Shown: positions 13,856 through 26,973, numbered from the whole stretch's first letter. The stretch: 63,095 nt of DNA, filler included, from Hausera hauseri (GCA_046269625.1; 9 parts of 9 records of this genome joined end to end with filler, not necessarily neighbours in it), one strand, 5' to 3'. The notes: generated by a model from the sequence alone, not told the origin. Numbers and translations are program-made.

Positions 13856-14082
13856 AGAAAGAGGTGGACCACACATTCGAGGAGGTGTTGGTATTTGTGA
13901 GCGGTGCTGACTGTGTTCCGCCACTCAGATTTCTCCAGTCCTGTACAATAGAGTTTTATGATCAGGAGCCAGGGACCTGCAGCATGTGCCTGTTCCTCCC
14001 ACGAGGTGTGGAAGAAGAGGCAAAGTTCAAAGAACTTTTAAGTACATCACTGAAAGGCTCAGTGGGGTTTGGTAAAGCCTAA
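13856..14082 (+). pseudogene. Terminal exon of the G2E3-type HECT ligase
   Basis: Preceded by a polypyrimidine/AG acceptor; FEEVLVFVSGADCVPPL.F..TCSMCLFLP..GSVGFGKA* (HECT C-lobe with the catalytic Cys in TC). Confidence 0.7.
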
Positions 14083-14439
14083 GTGCGTGTTCACTATAAT
14101 CATTGTGTTGTGTCTGTTTGTTTTATGTACATTATAATATTGTTCTGACTTGTTTGCATTTTTGTAGTAAAGTTTATGAGTGTACCAGCTGCCTCCTTAT
14201 GTTTTTTAAATCTGTCACTGCAACATTCATTTTTGTGAACTTCTGTTGTAGTTTGCACAGAGATTCACCATAAAATTATGACCCCTGTCCTTGACAAAGC
14301 CGTCATTTGACTATATAAAAATAAATATTGAGGTACATTGAGGGGCGTTTTTATGTTTAGTTTTCTGAAGGACAAGGTGTTAGCTGGAAGTTACTTTAAA
14401 AGGAGCAAACTACTTAAGATACCTAAAGTGTGGAAAGAT

Positions 14440-14784
14440 CAGTGGTGGGACGTAACAAAGTACAAGTACTTTGTTACTGTACTTAAGTGGATTTTTCATG
14501 TATCTGTAGTTTACTTAAGTAGTTTGAATCATGGGTAATTCTGACATTTACTTCACTACATTTTACATTAAGAATCTGTACTTTCTACTCCACTACATTT
14601 CTGTAATGTGTTGAAGTACAAGTTACATTCACGTCTGTAATACTGTAAGTCATTTTAAAACAAAGTACTTACTTACTTTTACTCAAGTAAAAATGTTGAT
14701 GTGGTAATTTTACTAGGGTACATATTGGTCTGTTTATCTGTACTTTGACTTAAGTACAGTGTTTGAGTACTTTCTCCACCACTG
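14440..14784. mobile_element. Teleost-type non-autonomous hAT element (MITE)
   Basis: TIRs CAGTGGTGG...CCACCACTG; perfect 8-bp TSD GGAAAGAT at 14432-14439 and 14785-14792; AGTAC-rich interior. Confidence 0.9.
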
Positions 14785-15171
14785 GGAAAGATGCAATTAT
14801 AGTTCCAATTCTAAAACCAGGAAAAGAGCAATCAGAAGCAGGAAGTTACAGACCTATGGCATTAACTGAACAACTATGGAGAGGACGATAAATGAAGGAC
14901 TGAAATAGGCTGCCTTTGTAGAAAAGAAAGGGAGTTTATCAAAATTTCAAAGTGGAGTAAGGAAAGGTAGAATACAAACAATGGACCCTATCTTCAGTTT
15001 TGAACATGTAATTAGAAAAGCACAAGTCAATAAGGAAAGTGTCGTGGCTAAACTTACAGTGAGTCCATTGCTTTTGTTTTTTCTATTATGATTAATGATA
15101 TGTTTGAAAATGAACAGAATGGAATGTGTTTCTCTTTATTTGCTGATGATGGAGCGATATGGAAGAGGGGT

Positions 15172-15589
15172 TGTTGTGGAATTCTTTATTTAACGAACAC
15201 AGAAATACGTGGTCCAGGAATGAAGGTACTCCGTTGAAGGTTCAGCTGAGTTTTATTGCAACAACAACAGGAACACAGAGAACAACAAAGAGCCATCAGA
15301 CTGTCCCCCTGCTCTCTGCTCCTGTCTCTGTTACCCACTCTCTCCCTTCACTGGCAGTCAAGGCCTAATATATACTGTTTTACAAACACCATTATGTCAT
15401 CTTAATTAAGCATCCTAAGGAAATGCTGGGTCAAGAGAAAACACAAAGATAAACACAAGTGATATCTAAGAATGATATTTATCAAATCTTGTTCTGACTT
15501 TTCTATCTACTGATAAACAGCATGTCATGAAAACCTGGGTCATTAAAGTATGTCATGAATAAACCTGGAAAAGTAATATTACCATCACA
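15172..15589. mobile_element. Solo LTR inserted in the LINE
   Basis: TG...CA ends and a 5-bp TSD GGGGT (15167-15171 and 15590-15594). Removing it rejoins the RT-like sequence. Confidence 0.8.
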
Positions 15590-17819
15590 GGGGTAAAATA
15601 TACCCTATTGTTAAAAACTTACATGAACCTAATGATATAATAGAAGACTGGTCCTTTAAATGGGGATTCAAATTTTATTTAAATAAATCAAAGAATATTT
15701 TTTAAGGAAAATAGGTTCTAAAAAAATAAAATTTTTAATCTATAATCATGATTTGTAAAAGGTAAAATAATTTCAGTTTTTGGTTTGTTGAAAGACTTGG
15801 AAAGTGCATATTTAAAAAGTGGTAGATAAATGCAAGAGGGTTTTAAATGTAAACAAGTGTCTGACGGGGAGCTAAAAGAAAAGTGTTGAAGTCAGTATAT
15901 ACAGGCTTCATTTGATTTGTATTTGATTATGGCAGTATAGCATCAGTATCAATGTGTCAACTGTCACACCCACAACTACAAAGGCTTCACGCTAACATTG
16001 ATGCTAAAAGAGACAATACAAGCTATGATAAGGGTCACTTTGTTTGTTTCTGTTGTTGATGTGATGAAAATGAAACTTAAACTCAGCTTTTTGATGATAA
16101 AGCTTTCACATAACCATGAATGAAAGAAACGTTTAAACATTTTAATTTCAACTTTCATTTTCTTTATTTGGTGGACATTCTGTGAACTTACATTTAGATG
16201 AAAACATCAGAGGTGTCAGAGCTGGATGATAAAAAATGCAATAGAGAGTAGATGTGCAAACTACAAACTGATGTCACGATACAGAAGAACTCAGATTTTG
16301 TTTTTATTTTCAACTTTGAATAATGCAATATGTGATGTTTTTCAGGAGCAAAGTTGGTGGAACTGATCCGTCCTGTCAGTGATGGAGGTGACGGGATGTG
16401 GCTGTATGGAGATGCTGTCAAAATAATATTCAAATCAAAGTGATCAGAAATTAATTTGTCACACACTAAAGCTAATGCTGCATGACAACATTTTTCTTAA
16501 ATTTCCTGACGATGCCAAGGCTGAATACAATGTAATGTAAGGATATGTGATGGTGTTTGGTGGACATGTGGTTAAAGATGCTGACTGCTATTTGTATTTT
16601 TTGGTCTGTTTTTTACTTTTAGATGTCCTGCATTGGACATCACTTTTTCATTAAAAACATGTTCTATTATTAGTATCAGCCAGAAGAATCCAGCAAGTTT
16701 TAGTTGTTTCCCATCTCTTCTGCAGAAGCTTGACGATCAGTGATTTCTTTAAATCAGGTGTGCCATAGCAGGTAATAACTACACATGCAGCACAGTGGGT
16801 CATGATGAGCAGAAATGAGAAGCACAGGGTTCTACAGGTACTCATTTCACATGGTAAATCAGAAACGAAATATAGAACTATTTTTATTCTACAGAAAAGA
16901 CTTCATCTTTGTTGTCCAGTCAAAGCATTTACAGACACATATTTCCTTAGTCTATTAAATTTTTAAAAGTATATATGATTTATTTATTTTAACTCTTGCA
17001 TCCTGGTCTTTATATCTGACAGCAAGCAGAAAGAGCAGACAGACTGACATCTACAAAACAGGGTTTATATGATACAATCAATCCTGGAAACGGTAGGATT
17101 GGATCATTTGGAGACTTGAGGATGAGCTCTCAGTAGGGTGGACAATCTGACATGAAGACGCCATCTGGTGGTGAAGGAAAGTACTACTGTCACAACTCCG
17201 ATGTATGCTGTTTTACATAAAGGAGGGGAAAATGAAGCAATTTAGCTGACAAGTTGTTAATATGATCATGTCTGAAGTCTGTTAGGAACAGTGCAATTTG
17301 ATCAAGTAGAGCAGAACTGCATTTTAATATAAATGTAGATGCTTACTTGTTTAAACTTAAATATTGTGTATAATATTTGCTTTACTGGACTTTAAAGACA
17401 TTAAAATTAATAACTGGATAAGTACAGAGGCCAAAATTCAAATTCTAATAAATTCTCATTATAACTCTTTTTACTAAGTGCAGCAGAATATGATTTTCCC
17501 CCGAAAAAGGAAGAAAAAACATCAGTCTCTTTGCAGCAGAGCTGATCTGTGTTGAATTAGTGTGGTCTGCAGTTCTAGTTATCTTATTGGATGAGTGGAG
17601 ATAATCTAACTGGGTGAGAAAAGTGTGGGCAGGGCTTTTAGTTTAATAAAACTTCGTTTTGGACGGCGTTATAGGTGTCAAAAAACATCGTAAAATACAT
17701 TGTTAATTCTTTTTTAATGTTTTAGTTTATTCCTTATATAAAACACTTCGAAACAAAAAAGTATCGTATTTTTTTATATTAGAATAGGCTTTAGTTTCAT
17801 CATTAAATGACAGCTGTTT

Positions 17820-19200
17820 GCCGGTCGGGACTGACGTCTGATAGCGTGATGACGTATTGAATAGACGCAGCGGCGTCCTAACGTTGCTAGGCAACGTCGA
17901 AAATCAAGCCAAAATAGGCTAGTTTAGCTAATTACATGACGTTGCTAAGCAACGTCCTTAACGTATTCAAATTTCAAAACACTTGAAAGGCTAAATATCT
18001 TTTACTATTTTTTTTTGATGGCCTCCCTTCTCCCCTTATAGCCATCCTCTCCACACCATTATGATTTTTTTAGTTAACACAAAGGAAAAAAAGAAGAGAA
18101 AAGTAAGAAAGTCACAACACTGAACATATTTTAACTGTTTTTGTTTATTTTGTTTTTTAAGTTTTTTTAGGGGTGGTGGGGAAAAAACCCAGGGTTTTCT
18201 GAGAATATCCCACCGCATATACTAGCGACCCCCAATGCACCCGCACGGTTGGTTACTTCCCCCTATTGGTTTTTCACCCTAAGCTATACGCAGCATCTAC
18301 CTGCGCTTATGGTTTACTAAGCTATGTGCAGGTGTCCGGGAATCGAAGTATAGCTCGCTGCACACAGAGCAGCCGAAAGACCGAGCTGGTATTGCGGGAG
18401 ATAAAACCAGAGTCCCTGGAGAAAAACCCACTGTTGCAGAAGTCTGGAGCAAGGCAGACACGAGTGAATTGGCTGCAACGTTTCACATCCGACTCACCTG
18501 TTGAGGGCTGGATTTCCATGTCTGGGCAGTTTTTAAATGAATGCGAAGCTGTCATGTGAATCGCTTCTGTTTTTCCAACAAGCAAACTGTCAAATAGTTG
18601 TAGAACAATAGAACAAAATACTTGCCAGCAGCTGAGCGCAGGTCTGCTTCCAGCTGAGATCTGAGAGAGAAGTGAATGACGTATCTATGATGTCACATCA
18701 AATCAAACGATCCGAGGCTTTTGAGCAAAGCACGTCATAATGACGTCACTTCGGAGGCGAAATGAGAGCGAGTCTGCTGATTCTTTGGGGAACGCGCCCT
18801 GAGCGAGCACGCGCACGTGCAGACTGAAGCTGAACAGAAGTTACGTTTTGTTTCTGATTCTAAACGTGAATTTTCTTCTTGACCACGTGACCAGAATAGC
18901 AAAGCGTCCAGATATATCATGACTCTATTTCTAGTTCAGATGAAGCGCTCACTTTGCCTAAAAAGATCCATCTCCGCCTATTTTCGTGTTTTTCTTCTTC
19001 CATTGAGAAGCTGCACAGGTGCTGCGTGCAGAGCTGATCGTTCCTGTCAATCAGCTGTCCGTGCTGCGCCTGCAGCAGCGTGAGACGAGACCTCAGCTCA
19101 GCTCGAGCCTTTCCACCTGCATACGCGCACAAAGGATGTTTTTATCAGAGTTAAAACTCTTTTCTCATGAGGAGGCGCTGCGCATGCGGCAGATCACCTG
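17820..19200. promoter_or_regulatory. CpG-enriched, vertebrate-style promoter region
   Basis: Two RFX X-box-like palindromes, GTTGCTAGGCAAC (17883) and GTTGCTAAGCAAC (17941); a CRE, TGACGTCA (18741); an NRF1-like TGCGCATGCG (~19179); locally raised CpG density. Confidence 0.45.
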
Positions 19201-19351
19201 CTAATGTCTGGATCAGCGTCAGAGCTGCTGAATAAAGCCGCTGTTTTTCAAACAGTGTTGCAGCTCAACATTTATGACAAAGACTTCCCAGGAAGTTCAT
19301 CTACTTGTTGGAGGAAGTTGGTTTTTAATAAGGGGCAGATATTCCTTTTTT

Positions 19352-19353
<2 letters not shown>

Positions 19354-19415
<62 letters not shown>
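19354..19415. repeat. (CT)n microsatellite at the contig end
   Basis: Visible directly. Confidence 0.95.
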
Positions 19416-19418
<3 letters not shown>

Positions 19419-19518
19419 NNNNNNNNNNNNNNNNNNNNNNNNNNNNNNNNNNNNNNNNNNNNTTAATTAATTAANNNNNNNNNNNNNNNNNNNNNNNNNN
19501 NNNNNNNNNNNNNNNNNN
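19419..19518. other. Artificial contig spacer
   Basis: N44-TTAATTAATTAA-N44. Confidence 0.98.
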
Positions 19519-19519
19519 A

Positions 19520-20191
19520 GATTTATCAAACGGACGAATTAACGGTGACATCGAACTGCTATCTACCATAGGCAGTGTAAAACATATGAAAACCATATGG
19601 TCAGTTGAACAGAAAAATGGTAATGTTATGGGAAATCTTGAAATTCAATACAATTTCCAAAATGCTTTACAAATGGCGATTAAGGGATTTTATAAAAAAG
19701 AAGACCAGACCAATAAACTGGATCTAAATGGCTTTACCAAACCTCTGGAACCACCATCAATCAAAGTTGTGAATGAATTTGTCTCTAGTCTAAAATTCTT
19801 TACAAAACGTTTATCAATTAAAAAAGACCCAAATCTGATCTATTTACATGATGCTTTATTAAGTCCACGAGATTATAAGATTAAAAGCAAATTACCGAAA
19901 ATGACATTCAAAACTATTGTTATTGAATTGACTTGGGAAAATGAGGAGAAAACTACAATCACGAATTCTGGGATACAATTAGATGACAAGTATATCGTTA
20001 AAGAAACAAGCGTTATCAAGTTCAATCCACTGACAGGACATGCAAATTTCGAACTGGAAACCAATTCGAATTATTATTCCAATTATTTAAATATGAAAAC
20101 GATATCTGTCTATAAGAAAGTCGTATTAAATGACGTTATAATGATGGAACTCGAAGTGGAACAGTCGACCACCCCGAAGTTTCTGTTTTGA
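19520..20191 (+). CDS. 5'-truncated ORF rich in amphipathic beta-strands, possibly from a large lipid-transfer protein (apolipophorin/ApoB-like)
   Basis: Open from the contig edge for more than 220 codons, with alternating hydrophobic/polar strand patterns. The 3' end runs into an LTR-like sequence. The family call is a guess. Confidence 0.3.
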   Translation, partial: DLSNGRINGDIELLSTIGSVKHMKTIWSVEQKNGNVMGNLEIQYNFQNALQMAIKGFYKKEDQTNKLDLNGFTKPLEPPSIKVVNEFVSSLKFFTKRLSIKKDPNLIYLHDALLSPRDYKIKSKLPKMTFKTIVIELTWENEEKTTITNSGIQLDDKYIVKETSVIKFNPLTGHANFELETNSNYYSNYLNMKTISVYKKVVLNDVIMMELEVEQSTTPKFLF

Positions 20192-21945
20192 CGCGGCAGC
20201 GCTGAATTTCCGTCCGCCCACCCTAGGTCATTGGGTCGGACGGCACTGCATCGCACCCCTGGCAACACACCAACCCCAATTTCCCTTTTCTTTTTTTAAA
20301 TAACACACATTTGCACCATCAAGACATCGCAAATAAACAACACACAAATTTATAACATTGTCTGTGTCTTCATCTGTTCATCTGACTTCTACATTACGCA
20401 CAACGGCTCTAACGTACCTATCTCTGGGATCCTAAATCCTTCGCCTCATATCCACTTCCATATGCACTTTCGCAACCGTGGCGGCATGAATTCTTCGGCA
20501 ACCGTAGACACCACGGATAAAGCTACTACGAAACCAAAGCCCATTATACTATTCCAAAAATCCACTACTACTTCTGCTAATAACCATTCAACCCCTACTT
20601 CTTCCGCTCCTTTCCCTCGCTGCACTAAATTTTTTATCGACAAACAAGGCTCTAGCAAAACTTGGTTGCAATTTCACCAACTGTGGCTACAAGCAAACAA
20701 CGCTACTGATTCCTTAACTAAAGCACACAACCTCCTTTTCTTTCTCCCTAACAATATCAAAACACGAATTCATAAAATCATTGAAATCTTCGAACTTCCT
20801 GATCCGTATTGACAACTCTTCGATGCCGTTCTTAAGATCACAGAACCCTCAATGGACAGTATAGTACAACACTTCTTTCAAGACAACGCCATAGGTACAC
20901 AACGACCATTACACTTTTTAAGTACTTTGACACACCTACAAACCCTCGGCGTCACGAAAGAACATAATGCAGAATTGCTTCACCACTACTTCCTCAACGC
21001 GTTGCCCACTGAAATTCGGGTCCTACTTACCGTCATGAAGGACTCCACGGTTCGTGAAAAATTGGCCGAATTCGCCGACAAGACACATGACGTTTTGCAC
21101 TTAAACTTTCCACCAATAGTTTTGGCGGCAGTCGCTGCAAGTGGTAATCAAAATAACAACGCAACGATATAACAACAGCTGAATCAGCTACGTGCTGAAA
21201 ATACAACATTGTACGCAACAATTAACAATATTAATAATAAATTGAATGAACTTTCGCTGTCCCGCCGAAGGAATTTTGTCACTGATCGCACCAATTCTGT
21301 ACCTAGAAACCGATCACAGTTGCCTGCGCGGTCATCTATGTGTTATAGTCACAGCAGATGCAATAAAAGTGCCAAAAAATGCTGCCTAGATGCACATTTT
21401 ACAATAAAAGTTTTTTCAAACATCGTTGTTTGCATTTACCACGCGAAGTTTAAAAATCAAGTTCGTAAATGCATTCCAGGCTGTACTTTCAAGACGGATA
21501 CAAACGACGGACGTGCTACTTTTTCTTCTAAGAGTCTTCCTAGTTCACCTTTCCAAAAAAACTAAATTTGCCGCCAGAAGTCACGGCAAACTCTGGCAAA
21601 GACATTGTTTCACCTTCTGAATGCCGACATGCCTCATTTGCGGTCTTTACTCTAAAGGCTGCAATCACTGGTTCCACAACGCAATCCGTTGATTTCCTCA
21701 TTGATACAGGTGCAGCGAGTTCTTTATTACCACAAACCTTTACTGTTCAAAATTTGCCATTCAAAATCAAATCTTTATACACCCCTTCGGATCAATCGTT
21801 GCACGTTTCTGGCATGGCTAAATTATCTTTTACCCTACCAAAATTTCCTTCACTTTTCCACGGGACGTTCACAGTTGCTAATGTCAAGACGGCAATTTTA
21901 TGTTCTGATTTTTTATCACATTATAATTTATTGGTGTCTGAGGAG
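20142..21945 (+). mobile_element. Truncated Gypsy LTR retrotransposon, CsRn1/Kabuki-like (possible 5' LTR, gag, protease)
   Basis: gag pieces at 20462-21565 with CYSHSRCNKSAKKC and CIYHAKFKNQVRKCIPGC knuckles. gag ends A AAA AAC TAA. The protease FLIDTGAASSLLP..AILCSDFL follows in the -1 frame. A candidate TG..CA LTR at 20142-20393 is weakly supported. Confidence 0.8.
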
Positions 21946-23099
21946 TGGTATCACTGGCAGCGTTAGTGAGCATATAAATAGCCTTTCGACTACCGCGCAG
22001 TCGATTGGGACGCGGCTATCAATTTTGAGGAAATCACAAGTTCTGACACCATTTATAGATATCTGTATTGTCCATGAACATATTTAACGCAAAAGACTGT
22101 GGCGAAGAATTCTGATCCAATTTCCCAATACTTCATCGGCTATTTTGTCTGTTTTGTTTTCGAAATAATAATACTCGGGCATTTTAATAAGATCCAGAAA
22201 ACGCCATTTTTTACCATGTTATATATATTTTTTAAAACAATTTTTTTAAACAAAACTTTAAAAAGATTCTTTTTATAAATTTTGGTAATACGGGTAAATG
22301 TGAGCAGACCGGTTGTTTTGCACATCAGAATAAACCGCATATAAAATAAAATTATTTGCGTTTTCTGTACAATATTCTCCTGCATTGTATTTAATTACAA
22401 TAAGTATGATATTTGCAAATTCGTATAATTAATTACAAACTAGCAAAACCGAAAATAAGTCCATTGCATTATTGTATGTACATACATCGATAATATCGTT
22501 TTGATAAATGCACTATTTTACAAACAAAATAGGATAAGGAATACAAGAAAATAAATCTGGAATCTACAAAACACATGTGTAGGATTTGAACTTCATGTCC
22601 AATTCGCTCTGACTCAAATCAGACTTGAATATTATCAACAAATTACCCGCATTTGTAAGGAGTTCTAACCTACCCCGAAAAAGGTAATGAATTTCCCAGA
22701 GTTTCTACAAAAGATCGTCAAGGGGATTTTAAAACATTACGCAAATGACGAAAATCAGTAATTTCTTCTAACCGAAATATTGATTCGAAAAGTCCAAAGA
22801 AATAATTTAATTTTTCAATATTCAGTTTCTGTACAGTTCAAAATGACAGTTTGAAACCGAAAATATTTTATTTATTAAAGTTTAAAAAAATTGACATTGA
22901 AAATTCAATCATTTCATATTAAATTTTTTATAGCATTAAAACAACACCAGATTGGTGGGCATGGCCCAATCTGCAATTTCGGTACAATCATTTTTTGTAA
23001 ACAAATCGACATTTTATATTTAGTTATTATTACGTTATTAGACAAAAAGTTGTCAGTAAATCCATCATTCGATTATTTGCTGCATGAATTTCATAAATC

Positions 23100-24190
23100 G
23101 TTTCGCATAGTGTTCTGGCCGAAGAGTTTAAAAGACTCCAGCTTTAATACTTTCAAAGTTTTGGTTAGAATTAATCGAAATCCATGATCGGAATCAAACC
23201 ATTCAATCCGTTTGCAATACGTTGATATAGTCCCAAGATGTTCATCAGACAATGTTTTAAATCCATTCAAAATCCATGTTTTAATTTTAGGACAAGCCTC
23301 GGCCAGTACTCAAATGCAGCAACGGACAGCTGATTACATCTGGATAAATCGATGTACACTAGTTTTGTAATGAATCTTCCGCTAAAGAGACATTCAAATC
23401 CTTGATCGGTAATTCTGTGGCCGTAAGCTAAGCTTAGGCACTAGATTATGGCTGTACCTAGCTAACCATGGTGGAGCGTTATCTTGGATTGAACTGTTTG
23501 TCAGATTCAATTAAGTTAAAATCAGTTCGTCCGTACGACTGGCACATTCTGACAGATTGAGGTCCTGTCGATTTCGACATTCGCTAATCGCCGTGAATGT
23601 TTCATTGCCTAAATTTGTACGCGATCGTAAGTTCAAATGACAGAGACTGGTTCGTGCTCGCTGTAGAATTCGTTATGCAACTCCGTCATTCAATGTGTCT
23701 CGTATGTCTTCAAAATTCAATCTATTCCACAGTGAATCATTCTGCGCTATGACATTCCATGACCTACAAACTGGGGTATTTATTGCTCTGCAGGCAATGG
23801 AAAGTTCGGTGAAAATATTCAAGGAAAGCTGAATAGAACGTGATAATAGATCATCACGAACTTTGCCGTCACCAATGCTGAATACGTCTTTAATCTTCTC
23901 CAACTCCCCTTGTTCCAATCTCTCGAAATACTCTGATTTTAATATCTTCTTTGGTGAGTTTATCCTAGGAATGAAAAATCCTCTGGCAAGTGTTTTTAAA
24001 CTTAAGTTGCTGCAAAATTTCATAGGCAACTTCTTGCCTTCTGAGACGTTGCACAATCCAATTTCTCCAGATATTAAACGTTTGTTTAATCCAAACATTT
24101 TTGTAGTGTTTCAGTGCCGTTTCCTCGAGTATCATTGATCGATGAACTTTTTCACGTTTCATTACGTGATATATTACCCGTGTATTAAAA
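23100..24190 (-). pseudogene. FBXL13: F-box/LRR protein FBXL13 (DRC6)-like, intronless and disrupted
   Basis: EYFERLEQGEL..RDD..VCRSWNVIAQNDSLWNRLNF..CHLNLRS..ISECRNRQDLNLSEC..LAEACPKIKTWILNGFKTLSD, with frameshifts and stops. Confidence 0.7.
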
Positions 24191-24441
24191 CAGCCCCTTT
24201 TGATTCCATGAATGATAAAGATATTTCAATAGAGATAAATATTAACAGGAAATCGATTTTATTTCTAAGCAATATTCATTTAACATCATTTAACTCATTA
24301 AAACAATACAAATATAAAAAAACAAAATAATAAAAACAATCTCAAAATATCTTTCAACCTGTACAAATCAAGATAGGAAAATAAAACATTTCATCGCTAT
24401 TTATCACGTGGTATTATTGAAGATGAACTATGCGTTACCAA

Positions 24442-24541
24442 NNNNNNNNNNNNNNNNNNNNNNNNNNNNNNNNNNNNNNNNNNNNTTAATTAATTAANNN
24501 NNNNNNNNNNNNNNNNNNNNNNNNNNNNNNNNNNNNNNNNN
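24442..24541. other. Artificial contig spacer
   Basis: N44-TTAATTAATTAA-N44. Confidence 0.98.
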
Positions 24542-26102
24542 GGAGCAATTGGACGCAATTGAACATTTCAAATGTTACAGCATTTCTCATTTGTTCCTTC
24601 AGCCTAGTATACTTCAATTTGATTTTTTTCCTCTTTCCTGATGCTTCTTTTCTGGAGTCATTTATGGATGTTAAACTTCGACTTTTTACATTTTTATTAG
24701 AATTGTGACAACTGTATAACTTCATATGAAAAGTAGTTGTTGGTTACAATTTTCAATGACCTTACAAATTCTGATTAATATTATTTAAATATTATAGTGT
24801 TTTTTAAGACTTCCTAGTAACAAAAATTCATATTTTCATTTGCAGTTCAAATTTGCATAGCAGTGAAGGCCATGTTTGTGTCCATATTCTATGTTAAAAT
24901 TTAATTGGATAAAATTATTACACACATCCATCAATTTTATTGGGACTACGAAGTCTTAAAAACACTTTTTTGTCCTGAGTACATATTTCGATCATCCTCC
25001 ATCTCTTTCACCATTCATTACTAATTCTTTAAGATTCATGAAACATTACTTTCTACTATCAGAGGGCGACTGGTTGTCTCATTTCATGTATTTGGCAAAA
25101 GACGAATTAAGTGTAAAAGTGACAGGTACTCAATTAAAATGTTCTGACGAATGATAGTCATATTAACACAAATCAGATTATTCCAAAATGAAACTGGAAT
25201 CTGTGTTAGATGTTACCGTTCAAGCTGGATGTTCTGTCAACGAATCTCTGAAAGATAATCTCAAGTAATCTTTTGGCAATTGAACTTACTCTTATATTTC
25301 TTATGAATTAATAAATATACAAAATTAAAATTGAACTCGAAATCTGAGGGCACTGAAGACAGTAATATCCCGAAAAGATTTTTGGAAGAGTTTCGGCGGT
25401 TGTTCGCCAAGGAAATATGTGACTGTGATCTTCAGAATTGGGGTGTAGGAGAAAAGATTGATTCTATATCCATCAATGGCAGGATGCTGCGATTGATGTA
25501 GGGATTGTCTTGTTTGAGGGATTTGAATCCAAAATTCAGTCTATAAGTATAATTAAGATCATCAGGTTCTTCCCATAAATTCCATATGTTTAGGAGACAG
25601 GAAATTAAGGAAGAACTTGGTAATCACCCTGTACATTTTAGTTTCATTTAGTTTCATTAGTAACAATTATCAAAGTTTTATCTGTCAATGCTAAAAACAC
25701 TGAAAACAGTTGTCAACAGCTGTTAGGGCAATCTGGCAAATACAATTACTGTATGTTAACAGCTGCCGTAGTTTAGATCAAATGTCATCTGTCTGGATCG
25801 GACTGCAGTATGTCCATTCAGTCGCCAGTTACTATATTGGTGATCTCTTCTGTTAATCACTCTCAATGAGAGTTGCAATGAAAATGTGTATACTGCAAAG
25901 CCTTGCGTACCGTTGATGGAAGACTGTTTCCTGAACTGGGGGTGTTGATCAATGAGCTCTATCTGATTAATCTTTAGTCCACAGATTTTTGGTTGGAGGA
26001 GTTTAAATTATTTATGGACTTTTTTTTTGCCTACACCTGATAGCATACTTTTCTCTGTCAACCCAGATTATGAGCAGGAACAGGTCATTTACTTGGCAAT
26101 GA

Positions 26103-26657
26103 CTAAGCTTGTATATTTTCTACTGTATTATCGATTGTATAGACTATGTGTGCTGGTATTACTTCATCATACTTAGTGTCCGGATCCAGATCAGGTCTTT
26201 TAACAAATGTGTCGATGAGTGGTATATTGCTTACGTCCACATTCAACGAGTAAGGACAAGTTGGGCGCAGTTTCTTATGTTTTTCCTTGGGTCGATCCTT
26301 TATCTGCTCATATTGGAATTCTCCCTGACAATATAGGCATTTTATTTGTCCCATTGAAGTTCGGAATAGTCCGGCATTGGCATATATTTGCGCCAATTCC
26401 CCTGGGACAGGTGAATTTGGGTATTCAAGGAATGGTATTTTTCTGTTCTGTGTATCTCTCATGGAGTTGTCCAACACCGTCATTCTAGAGTAACTTGTCC
26501 GTCTTTTAATGAATGCTGCTGGTCCAAGTTGTCTATTCTGATAATATAACAGGTACTGTACTGTATTAGGTTGTACTGTTCTGGTATATTCGCAATATCT
26601 GGGGGTTTGAAATTTGAGCTCTCTTATCCTCTGCATTTCAGCTAAAATGTAACCCAA
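26103..26657 (-). CDS. Single-BIR (IAP repeat) protein
   Basis: R..F..P..A.AGLF..IKCLYC-x16-H-x6-C (CLYCQGEFQYEQIKDRPKEKHKKLRPTC) followed by SNIPL, which is the exact BIR CX2CX16HX6C spacing. Confidence 0.85.
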   Translation of the reverse strand: MGYILAEMQRIRELKFQTPRYCEYTRTVQPNTVQYLLYYQNRQLGPAAFIKRRTSYSRMTVLDNSMRDTQNRKIPFLEYPNSPVPGELAQIYANAGLFRTSMGQIKCLYCQGEFQYEQIKDRPKEKHKKLRPTCPYSLNVDVSNIPLIDTFVKRPDLDPDTKYDEVIPAHIVYTIDNTVENIQA

Positions 26658-26679
26658 TCAAATAAGAACACTATTTTAT

Positions 26680-26973
26680 TCACAAATTTTTTATGGTATA
26701 ATAACTATGTTTGTATCGAAATAGTTTATTGTTAGTACGACACACTGGGCATGAAGCTCCAATGGAGAACCATTCCCTTAGACACTGTCTGCAAAACTGA
26801 TGCCTACAAGGGACCAACTCCACTGGGTCTACCGAATACTCGTTTAGACAAATTGTACATTGAGCTCCCACAGGAGTAAAATTTCCACATGGGTTGTATG
26901 TCGTATATTCACTTATATCGTCGATCTGGCAAAATGCTGGGAACCCGTGACTCAGTATGGTCGATGAATTCAC
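26680..26973 (-). CDS. Small C3HC4 RING-finger protein
   Basis: CTICLNEYSVDPVELVPCRHQFCRQCLREWFSIGASCPVCR. Confidence 0.88.
   Translation of the reverse strand: MNSSTILSHGFPAFCQIDDISEYTTYNPCGNFTPVGAQCTICLNEYSVDPVELVPCRHQFCRQCLREWFSIGASCPVCRTNNKLFRYKHSYYTIKNL

Larger units (their letters stand above)
14350..15960 (+). mobile_element. Decayed non-LTR retrotransposon reverse transcriptase (I/Nimb-like), split by two insertions
   Basis: IPKVWKD|AIIVPILKPGKE..GSYRPMALT, FQSGVRKGR, SLFADDGAIWKRG| and WSFKWGFKF. Confidence 0.75.
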
